Positions 49,101-58,900 of a stretch of DNA of 64,000 nucleotides are shown here, one piece after another. Position numbers and translations under genes: made by a program. Location: NCBI GenBank assembly GCA_002269645.1, contig NIVC01001591.1:62001-126000 (forward strand), read 5' to 3'. The notes below the pieces were generated by a model, which was not told where the DNA came from, searched no databases, and saw nothing but the letters and a program-made list of their open reading frames with translations. Within the stretch, counting starts at the first letter, position 1. The number at the start of each line of letters is the position of its first letter. Origin of the DNA: Macrostomum lignano (lineage: Eukaryota).

Positions 49101-49782
49101 ATGATGTTATTGAAATTGTTAAAAAGGTTGGAATCTTTGTTTTTTTAATGCCTAATATTGATTGCTTGTGGCATTTATTACGACCGAATCGCCCCTGAAC
49201 AGCTGAGAGAATCGCCCCGAACAGCTGAGAGAATCGCCCCTCATGAACAGCTGAGAGAATCGCCCCTGAACAGCTGAGAGAATCGCCCCTGAACAGCTGA
49301 GAGAATCGCCCCTGAACAGCTGAGAGAATCGCCCCTGAACAGCTGAGAGAATCGCCTCTGAACAGCTGAGAGAATTGCCCTTCATGAACAGCTGAGAGAA
49401 TCGCCCCTGAACAGCTGAGAGAATCACCCTTCATGAACAGCTGAGAGAATCGCCCCTGAACAGCTGAGAGAATTGCTTTTCATGAACAGCTGAGAGAATC
49501 GCCCCTGAACAGCTGAGAGAATCACCCTTCATGAACAGCTGAGAGAATCGCCCCTGAACAGCTGAGAGAATCACCCTTCATGAACAGCTGAGAGAATCGC
49601 CCCTGAACAGCTGAGAGAATTGCCCTTCATGAACAGCTGAGAGAATCGCCCCTGAACAGCTGAGAGAATCGCCCTGAACAGCATCAATAAATATTTTCCT
49701 TTCCGCAGACTCGGCCTGGTGGCACTGCCGACTCAACGGACGCGAAGGTCTCCTACCATCGAATTACGTTCGGGAACTTTGA
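37175..49782 (+). CDS. MYO1E: Long-tailed class I myosin (motor, IQ, TH1, Pro/Gln-rich TH2, SH3), MYO1E/F-like, 14 exons, ~1128 aa
   Basis: Exons 37175-37309, 37455-37544, 37623-37717, 37939-38116, 39034-39196, 39276-39379, 42059-42394, 43191-43558, 44135-44554, 45340-45484, 45823-46221, 47708-48053, 48594-49126 and 49709-49782. Motifs: [56 protein letters not shown]3 [15 protein letters not shown]...[18 protein letters not shown]. The last junction is off by 1 nt (see findings). Confidence 0.95.
37781..37835 (+). repeat. Short dispersed repeat family, copy 1 (GCACAG..GTACATGCTT.ACGAT.AGAAAGTCAGGGCC)
   Basis: Same motif at ~45099-45170 and ~57758-57860. Confidence 0.6.
38215..38690. repeat. 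CT homopyrimidine tract with internal duplication, Myo1 intron 4
   Basis: (CT)n variants. Confidence 0.95.
38703..38960 (+). mobile_element. tRNA-derived SINE, copy 1 (tRNA-like head plus CORE-like central segment)
   Basis: Head GGGTTGCAGCCCAGTGGTTTGAGCATCGGAACTCACAACT...GGTTCGATTCTCGACC has A- and B-box-like motifs. Body has ...CAGCTGTAAAATGGG. A near-identical body occurs at 44.7-44.85 kb. Lies in Myo1 intron 4. Confidence 0.75.
39490..40385 (+). repeat. ~20-bp minisatellite TCTCACCCTCTCAGATCTCAGA, Myo1 intron 6
   Basis: AGATCT-rich tandem units. Confidence 0.9.
40970..41555 (+). repeat. Minisatellite GGCGCCAAAATAAG(G/A)AGCG(C/T)CAACTATAG, Myo1 intron 6
   Basis: Tandem units with a GGCGCC core. 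Confidence 0.95.
42398..43155 (+). repeat. ~25-bp minisatellite GAATCGCCCCTGAACCGATCCTGAA filling Myo1 intron 7
   Basis: About 30 units starting at the donor (GTAAGAATCGG...). Confidence 0.95.
43730..44055 (+). repeat. 24-bp minisatellite AAATCGGCGCCAAAATTGRGTTT, Myo1 intron 8
   Basis: About 13 units with a ~120-bp higher-order duplication. Confidence 0.95.
44636..44850 (+). mobile_element. tRNA-derived SINE, copy 2 (internally deleted)
   Basis: GGGTTGTAGTCTAGTGGTTAGAGCATCGGACTCACGACTGGAAGGTCAGGGATTCAATTCTCGACCC, then AGCTGTAAAATGGGTGCCAGCATTAGCTGGGGTAATTGAGG...CAGTCCTTGGACTGAACAGCCGTACGCAGCCTTCAGATGCGCC shared with copy 1. Lacks ~55 bp present in copy 1. Confidence 0.75.
45099..45175 (+). 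repeat. Short dispersed repeat family, copy 2
   Basis: AAGGCACAGACAGTACATGCCTGAAGATTAGAAAGACAGGGCCCTTGTACACCCTGTG. Confidence 0.6.
45570..45805 (+). repeat. Degenerate AAATCCCGAAATTCG repeat, Myo1 intron 10
   Basis: Short tandem units running up to the acceptor. Confidence 0.8.
46250..47670 (+). repeat. 31-bp minisatellite CCAGCCTCCCAGATCCTCAGTTGCTGGGCCA, Myo1 intron 11
   Basis: About 45 units; 310-bp higher-order period (identical ORF starts at 46560/46870/47180). Confidence 0.97.
48085..48535 (+). repeat. 26-bp minisatellite GAATCGCCCCTGAGCAGTTCTGCAAA, Myo1 intron 12
   Basis: About 17 units. Confidence 0.95.
49185..49685 (+). repeat. 23-bp minisatellite GAATCGCCCCTGAACAGCTGAGA, Myo1 intron 13
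   Basis: About 21 units. Confidence 0.95.
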
Positions 49783-51019
49783 AGTTGCTGCAATTGCAGA
49801 AAAATTGTGAAAGCAATTTTATAAATAAAAACAAAGTTCTTTCGGTTAAATAGAAAAGACGGAATATCAGTTTTTTACACGTGGAGGTACCCTTGTTTGC
49901 CTTTTATACATGCCTTCCATATTTGGAAATTGCGTTCTATCTTTCGAATTAACTAAGCCAATCATACTTGTGATTGAATTTTTTTGTCTTTTTTCAGCTC
50001 ATTATTTCTCTTGTTCCGTGATATCTAAGAGGTACAAATGTAGTTTTCTGTCTGTATTTTATTCAAAATTTTGTTATTCTACTCGTATATCCCAGTTGTG
50101 CCTCTTTGGTTAAACTGCTGCTATTTAAGCTGAGTTGCTTCAATCATGTGATTTGTTGTGTTCAGTAAGCGTGCCATTAAATCAGATTTATATTGAAATT
50201 GAATGAAATTTAGTTTTATAATTATTTTCTTTTTATTTGCTTCTGCGCCCTTTGTCGCATAGACATCATTTTCTTTACGTTTCTTTACGTTCGACAATAT
50301 TTCAAGTCGGTCTCCTTGGTAATCAGAAATATATTGATGAACTTGATCACCACTTCATTAATAAAAACGAATATACAGAGAATAGCAATAAACACTACTG
50401 CTGTGAAACTATCAGTAGTTGAATTAGTAAATTAACGTAAATAAGCAAGAAACAATGTAAGTTTAAATTTAAAGAACGTATTGAATATTTTCTTCAATCT
50501 TAGAATCTTTTCTGTTACTCTTAGTAGGCAAGTTCGGGATATTTCTGCTTTATTTATTCTGGTACTTGCGAGTATTTTTGTTATTTTCCAGGATATAGAC
50601 TACTTTCGTTGTTAATTGCTCGAGCAGAGCCAAGCCGAGATTCCAATTTGGCCCCAAATTAATGTGACTGCACTTGGAATCGAGCCTGGGCCGCTGGCAC
50701 ATCAGAGCGACGTCGCGCTTCAGGGTTACGCGCCCCCCCCCCCCCCCAACTGAAATTTTGACTTTTTTGACATCTCATGTCAAAGATATGTCGCTGGATG
50801 CATGCAGTTTTAAATGCTTCTGCTAGTAAAAGTTCACATAGCAACGGTCGATGCGATGCAACGTCGTGTCAATTTTCCCCATTTCTGGTTAGCGGTCAAT
50901 TCACTTCCGGCATTTACTTGGAAAATTGTTGCTACATTTTTCTCCATCCTCCCGATCGCTAAATGTTGTCAGAATTCATGCAAAATGATAAATAAGAATA
51001 TTTTATTAGGAAAGATGAA

Positions 51020-52470
51020 CGGATGGGAGAGGAGAGGGGAGAGGACAGGTGAGGAGAGAGGAGAGGAGAGGAGAGGAGAGGAGAGGAGGAGGGGAGAGAG
51101 GAGGGAGAGAGGAGAGAGGAGAGGAGAGGAGAGGAGAGGAGGGAGGAGGGAGAGAGGAGAGAGGAGAGGAGAGGAGAGGAGAGGAGAGGAGAGAGGAGAG
51201 AAAAAGGGAGGAGAAGGGAGGAGAGGAGAGAGGAGAAGGGAGGAGAGGAGAGGAGAGGAGAGAGGAGAAGGGAGGAGAGGAGAGGAGAGGAGAGGAGAGA
51301 GGAGAAGGGAGGAGAGGAGAGGAGAGGAGAGAGGAGAGGAGACGAGAGGAGAGGAGGAGGGGACAGAGGAGGGGAGAGAGGAGAGAGGAGAGGAGAGGAG
51401 AGGAGAGGAGAGAGGAGGGGAGAGAGGAGAGAGGAGAGGAGAGGAGAGGAGAGGAGAGGAGAGAAAAAGGGAGGAGAAGGGAGGAGAGGAGAGGAGAGAG
51501 GAGAAGGGAGGAGAGGAGAGGAGAGGAGAGGAGAGAGGAGAAGGGAGGAGAGGAGAGGAGAGGAGAGAGGAGAGGAGACGAGAGGAGAGGAGGAGGGGAG
51601 AGAGGAGGGAGAGAGGAGAGAGGAGAGGAGAGGAGAGGAGAGGAGAGAGGAGGGAGAGAGGAGAGAGGAGAGGAGAGGAGAGGAGAGGAGAGGAGAGAGG
51701 AGAGAAAAAGGGAGGAGAAGGGAGGAGAGGAGAGGAGAGAGGAGAAGGGAGGAGAGGAGAGGAGAGGAGAGGAGAGAGGAGAAGGGAGGAGAGGAGAGGA
51801 GAGGAGAGAGGAGAGGAGAAGGGAGGAGAGGAGAGGAGAGGAGACGAGAGGAGAGGAGAGAGGAGACGAGAGAAGAGAGGAGAGGAGAGGAGAGGAGGGA
51901 GGAGGGGAGAGAGGAGGGGAGAGGAGAGAGGAGAGGAGAGGAGAGAAGAGAGGAGAGAAGAGAGGAGAGGAGAGAGGAGAAGAGAGAGGAGATAGGAGAG
52001 GAGAGAGGAGGGGAGAGAGGAGAGGAGAGAGGAGGGGGAGAGAGGAGAAGAGAGAAGAGAGGAGAGGAGACGAGAGGAGAGGAGAGAGGAGACGAGAGAA
52101 GAGAGGAGAGGAGAGGAGAGGAGGGAGGAGGGGAGAGAGGAGGGGAGAGTAGAGAGGAGAGGAGAGGAGAGAAGAGAGAGAGAAGAGAGGAGAGGAGAGA
52201 GGAGAAGAGAGAGGAGATAGGAGAGGAGAGAGGAGGGGAGAGAGGAGAGGAGAGAGGAGGGGGAGAGAGGAGAAGAGAGAAGAGAGGAGAGAAGAGAGAA
52301 GAGGAGAGAAGAGAGGAGAGGAGGGAGGAGGGGAGAGGAGAGAGGAGAGAGAGGAGAGAAGAGAGAGAGAAGAGAGGAGAAGAGAGAGGAGATAGGAGAG
52401 GAGAGAGGAGAGGAGAGAGGAGGGGGAGAGAGGAGAGAGAGAGAGGAGAGGAGAGAGAGAGGGGAGAGCG
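51020..52470. repeat. ~1.45-kb homopurine (GAGAG/GGAGA) tract between Myo1 and TRPM
   Basis: Almost exclusively G and A on the + strand. Confidence 0.97.
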
Positions 52471-52959
52471 GTTTATTTATTATTGCATGCAACTCCAAAA
52501 AGTATATAAAATTCCTGCCCCAACTTTGTCTGCGCAGCAAAGGACTTCAATTACAATAGCATCGTACGCGATCGTAATCTTTAAAATTGCAACCATAAAA
52601 TATTGCTGATAGCATGAAACTTTTTTGGTGCAGGAAAATTTCGAGTCGATTCCTCTCCAGCTGAAAACTTTCGGCACAAAAAATGAGTTCCTCTGCCTCG
52701 TATCCGCCTGTCATTCCCAATTTTAAAAAAATGCTTTCCCATCCTCCCTCTGAAAAATCTACTGACAATTACGCAAACTTCCTATGCAATGCCAGGCTTG
52801 TTTTCCGGTCGCGCGGTTTTTAAAAAGCCGCCGCATTTCTCCCAAGCCTACCAGCGTTTGTGGCGAATTCGAGAACTGCAACTCGATCGCTTATCAATTC
52901 CACTTGGCGCTTTAGATAGTGAAAATAATAAACAGATAGATAGAGAATCTAACACCGCT

Positions 52960-55900
52960 ATGATGGAGCAAGCAGGTTCGGCCATAGACAGCTGGTTGGA
53001 CGCCGCTTACGCCGGTGACTTGAGTCGCTTGCGCGACCTGCATCAGAGCGGGCTTGTGCAGCTGGAGTCGAGGGCGGATTTCGACAAGGTCAGCTTTTTT
53101 ACCGCGGGTACTTTTGTAGAGTTGCTCTTGTCATGTACAGGACATGTACTGGACTAGACTGGACATGCAAATTGCTGAGATGTCAATCAAGGTTTATAGA
53201 GGGAATTGCTGAGACGTCAAGGCTCACGGGGGGAATTGCTGAGATGTCAAGGCTTATTGGTGGAATTGCTGAGATGTCAAGGCTTATTGGTGGAATTGCT
53301 GAGATGTCAAGGCTTATTGGTGGAATTGCTGAGATGTCAAGGCTTATTGGTGGAATTGCTGAGATGTCAAGGCTTATTGGTGGAATTGCTGAGATGTCAA
53401 GGCTTATTGGTGGAATTGCTGAGATGTCAAGGCTCATGGGTGGAATTGCTGAGATGTCAAGGCTCATGGGTGGAATTGCTGAGATGTCAAGGCTCATGGG
53501 TGGAATTGCTGAGATGTCAAGGCTCATGGGTGGAATTGCTGAGATGTCAAGGCTCATGGGTGGAATTGCTGAGATGTCAAGGCTCATGGGTGGAATTGCT
53601 GAGATGTCAAGGCTCATGGGTGGAATTGCTGAGATGTCAAGGCTCATGGGTGGAATTGCTGAGATGTCAAGGCTCATGGGTGGAATTGCTGAGATGTCAA
53701 GGCTCATGGGTGGAATTGCTGAGATGTCAAGGCTCATGGGTGGAATTGCTGAGATGTCAAGGCTCATGGGTGGAATTGCTGAGATGTCAAGGCTCATGGG
53801 TGGAATTGCTGAGATGTCAAGGCTCATGGGTGGAATTGCTGAGATGTCAAGGATCACGGGATGAATTGCTGAGATTTTAAGGCTTATAAGGGGGGAATTG
53901 CTGAGATTTCAAGGCTTATTGGGAGAATTGTTGAGATGCCAAGGCTCACGGGGGAGAATCGCTGAGATGCCAAGATTTTAGGGAGGATCGCTGAGATGTG
54001 AAGGCTGAGGTCAGAAGCTACATTTACTGTAGTTTATTAAAAAATTGTATTTTATTCTTTAGTTGGCCCCCAACGGCGCCAACTCAAAAATGGCCACTCA
54101 AGGACTACTAGACTAGACTAGACTATATAACGAAGTGTTCCTAGTGGTCCTTGTGGCCACTATCTTCACGAATAATCCCTTACCTAACAAGAAACAGGAA
54201 AAACTGTTTCTACAAAATCCTGCCATGATTTATTTCCACGATATAAAAAGGCCGAGATGAAGTCGGTCACGGCGCTGCTGCTGGCCGCGGCGGCCGATCG
54301 GTACCACTGCACCCGATGGCTGCTGTCCGAAGGCGCCGATCGCAAAGCTGCTCTGCCAGACGGTCGGACTGCGCTGCACTTGGCCTGTCAGTTCGGCTGC
54401 CCTCTGGTCACGGCCGCACTGCTGGAGGCCGGCTGCGATGTTGACGCCACGGACTCGGTCAGTGACATGCTGAGGATGGTCGGCTGCTCAATTGCTGAGT
54501 GCAAGTGCTGTAAAACGGGTTGCCAAGCTGAGCCCAAAGAAGGGCTCTGCCACAGGGATATTGTAGGGCGATACTATACCAGGGGCTTAAGCCCGAGATG
54601 CCAGTACGGGGACTTCCCCAAGCTAAAGACTGCACAACCCAAACCTATGGGATCACCGCCAACCCAACAGTGGAATCAGGAGGACGTGTGCAAAGACCCA
54701 GACCATCCACCAACGACAAAACCCGAGTGTGATTTGGAACTTTTTTGGATAGCAAGTTCGAGAGTGGGACCCCAGCTAGGCTTCATATTGGAGCGAGTCT
54801 GGGCAGCTTATTTACCAGGGGCGAGTCTCCTGTCAGGTAGGCCTCCAGGATAAAACCAGCTCCTATAGGGCTGCTAGAGACAAGGCCCTTTCACTACCCA
54901 GCTCTAAAAAGCCCAAGCCAAGGGGTTGGAGAAGGAGCAAAGGGCTCAGCCGGTTGTGTAACATTGTTATCGATTGAAATAGTCGTGCTTGATTATATCA
55001 ACTAAAACATTTACAGCATTTACAGTTACTTAGAGTAGGCTGTTCAGAGTATAAACTTGCTATATAACGGAGTTAATATATAGCCTGTCTATTGTCCTTG
55101 CCAGGCTGGTCGGCAACCGCTGCAACTGGCCGCTTCTCCCGAGTGCATTCTCCTGCTACTCAAGGCTGGTGCTTCAATTCAGCCTGCTCACGTACGGCCC
55201 TGTTGAACTGAGAAGCTGTGCTTGCAAGCATAAATCATAAATCATTACTCTCTTATATCGGAGAGAGCGGCAGTTTTGATTCGTTTGAAATGTTACAATT
55301 TTTTAGCAATAAAATGCAACTCTCCGTAGCAGTGCCAATTCCGCAAGATTAAGCATTAAACACGCCATGTAAGCAATTATTTATATTAGCTGTTGTGTTT
55401 TTTTCAGGCCTCACACCAGGAGAAAAGCAAAGAGTCATTGAGCGGTCAAGGAAATAGTGGATTGCTTGATCGTTTCAAAAATGTAAGTTTATTTTTTCTC
55501 TGTTAGGTTGATTACAAGCTTATCAATTTGTGATTGTGAGAGCCGTGTGCGGTTAACGATAATTTGGGGTTCTTCGTACAAAAGATTGGTGGAGGGGTAC
55601 GTTTAGGTTTAGGGTTAAAGTGTAGATTTTGGGTAGGGTTTTGGTCTTGGGTAGGGCTTAGGTTTGGGTAGGGTTTAAGTTTAGGCTAGGGTTTAAGTTT
55701 AGGTTTAGTTTATGGCTTAGGTTTAGGTTATGGTTAAGGTTTAGGTTTACGTTTAGGTTAAGGCTTAGGTGTAGGTTAGGGTTTAGACATAAACATTAGA
55801 CATTTAGACATTAGGAATTAGGTTTCAACCAGTTTTAGTTAAAGGTTAAAGTTTAAGTTTAGGTTAGGGTTCAGGTTTAGGTTAAGAATTAGGTTTAAGC

Positions 55901-58900
55901 TAGGGTTTGTATTTATGATTATGGTTTAGGTTTTGGTTTAGGTTTTTGGTTTAGTCATAGAGAACGGTTTAGGTTCAGGATTAGGGTTTTGGTAGGGTTG
56001 GTTAAGGTCGTCAGTCTAATGTCGTAGACTCACTGTCAAAGCAAAAGTATCTGTTCAAGCGTTCTAAAAAAACTGCATTTCTACCAACTTCCACACCGTG
56101 TAAATTTATATCGTCAAACTTCTTGAGTTGAGTCACTGTGAGTCGCCTCCAGCTAGGCACAATATAGTAAAATGCCTTTGTATTGGCAGTGACAGTATAA
56201 ACAGTTAAAATGGGCGGCCACCCAGATCAAGGAAGCTAACTGTGCTGTTATGTCCTGGAGGCGCCACTGTCGCTTAAAATGTAGGAGTAGCCTGTCTCAT
56301 AGTCCCGAACCCCAACCTCTGGGCAATAGCAGTTTGCTACAGAACCCTCCAGCCTTAAACAGCTGGAGTAGGAATTAATCCTGCACCCACACCCTCCACC
56401 CTTGCAAGTTTATTATTGGTTGTCAAGGCCAAGCAGTCACCGATGGCTGACCCTACCAGAGACGCAATAAACGCCCTGTCGTGTCAGAGGCAGTTTACTG
56501 TCCACTATATCGCTAATCTGCTAAACTAAACTAGTAGTTGCTGCAGAGAAGAAAAGTCAGCCTTTTTTATAATCGAAGTTGCCTGTTAGAAGGTGTCTGT
56601 TGCTAAAGAGACAATATTTATACATTTTCATCTCGTGTTGTACCATCTTTGGCAGGATCGGGAGCATTCTTGGTATCCTTTGAACTTGAGTCGCAGGCAG
56701 TGTGTGCAATTCAGTCCATCGAGGTGAGAACTACCATATTCTCAGATTGAACTACCATATTCTCAGATTGAAGTACCATGTTCTCAGATTGAAGTACCAT
56801 GTTCTCAGATTGAAGTACCATGTGTTCTCAGATTGAAGTACCATGTTCTCAGATTGAAGTACCATGTGTTCTCAGATTGAAGTACCATGTTCTCAGATTG
56901 AAGTACCATGTGTTCTCAGATTGAAGTACCATGTTCTCAGATTGAACTACCATGTGTTCTCAGATTGAAGTACCATGTTCTCAGATTGAACTACCATGTG
57001 TTCTCAGATTGAACTACCATGTGTTCTCAGATTGAACTGCCATGTGTTCTCAGATTGAACTACCATGTGTTCTCAGATTGAACTACCATGTTCTCAGATT
57101 GAACTACCATGTGTTCTCAGATTGAACTACCATGTGTTCTCAGATTGAACTGCCATGTGTTCTCAGATTGAACTACCATGTGTTCTCAGATTGAACTACC
57201 ATGTGTTCTCAGATTGAACTACCATGTGTTCTCAGATTGAACTACCATGTGTTCTCAGATTGAACTACCATGTGTTCTCAGATTGAACTACCATGTGTTC
57301 TCAGATTGAACTACCATGTTCTCCAGGCGAACTCTTTAATCTGAGCTTTAACTCCAGCAACCTGCTCCCCCCCCCCCAGGTCTGACCCCGTAGTCTGCGC
57401 CTGCGGCGGCACCGCCGAAGGTCATCCAAGCGATATGCTTCCATCGGACAATGATTCCGGCGGATTCGGTGGCAGCATCAGGCGAAAGTTCTCACTGAAG
57501 CCACAGCAACAGCAGCAGCAGCAGCAGCAAAAGCAAGATGTTCCAGCAAATGAATCAGACTACCTGGCTGAGGCTCTGCCGACCAATGCTTTCGGTGAAA
57601 TCGAGTTCTCCGGAATGAAACAGTTGGCTAAGGTTCGTCCCGTTTAATTCGTGATGCTCGTTTGGCTCGATTCCAAGTGCAGTCGCATTAATTTGGGGGC
57701 TAAATTGGAATCTCGGTTAGCATGGCTCTGCTTGTGCAATTAACGCCCAGCTTGAGGGCCAACCCCCCCCCCAAGGCACAGTGAAGTGTACATGCTTAAC
57801 GATAAATAAAGTCAGGGCCGCTGTACACTCCTGTGTGAGTGTGTGCCTGTGCGTATGACTGCGTACGTATCCGCGCGCTTGTGTGCCTGCTCAGGGGAGT
57901 CGGCAGAATGGGCAGCAATGCCTCTCGCCGATTGTGTGACAATGTCGCTTAAAGTGCACCAGGGTGCACACAGCCTCCTGTCTCTAATTAGAATGAGACA
58001 TCAATAAATTAATGAATTTCAGTTCGTCCGACTCGACTCCAACACACCCGAGGAGGCGCTTCACGAGCTGCTGGTCAAGAAGTGGGAGATGAGTCGGCCA
58101 ACGCTGGTCATCAACATTTTTGGCGGCGACTTTGAGAAGAAGAGACAGTTGAAAATGATATTTAAGAAGGGACTCTGGAAAGCGGCGGAGAGCGCTGGTG
58201 AGAGAGTTAATGATTTGCATTCTGTGCTGTTTTGTAGTTTAGCAGAAATTGGCGATTTATAGATACTTTGAAAAGTTGTTGCAAAAAACTAAATTCAAAG
58301 TTATCAGCCTCCCACATCCTCGGTTGCTGGGCCATCAGCCTTCCACATCCTCGGTTGCTGGGCCATCAGCCTTCCACATCCTCGGTTGCTGGGCCATCAG
58401 CCTCCCAGATCCTCAGTTGCTGGGCCACCAACCTCCCAGATCCTCAGTTGTTGGGATGCCCTCCCTGATCCTCAGTTTCTGGACCAGCCTCCCATGTTTT
58501 CAGTTGCTGGGCTGCCCTTCCAGTTCCTCAGTTGCTGAGCCAGCCTCCCAGATCCTCAGTTGCTGGGCCAGCCTCCCATGTTCTCAGTTGCTGGGCCAGT
58601 CTTCCAGATCCTCAGTTGCTGGGCCAGCCTCCCAGATCCTCAGTTGCTGGGCCAGCCTCCCATGTTCTCAGTTGCTGGGCCAGTCTTCCAGATCCTCAGT
58701 TGCTGGGCCATCAGCCTCCGAGATCCTCAGTTGCTGGGCCAGCCTCCCAGATCCTCAGTTGCTGGGCCAGTCTTCCAGATCCTCAGTTGCTGGGCCAGCC
58801 TCCCAGATCCTCAGTTGCTGGGCCAGTATCCCAGATCCTCAGTTGCTGGGCCAGCCTCCCAGATCCTCAGTTCCTGGGCCAGCCTCTCAGATCCTCTCAG

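Noticed and set aside
42334-53880. Repetitive ORFs at 42334-43249, 46084-47985, 48101-48531, 49003-49434, 50814-52540 and 53133-53880
   Set aside because: They lie inside introns or intergenic arrays and are periodic translations of repeat units.
54458-54853. C-terminal extension of ORF 54257-54853 beyond DATDS
   Set aside because: Read-through into the intron; the ankyrin frame continues properly in the exon at 55105.
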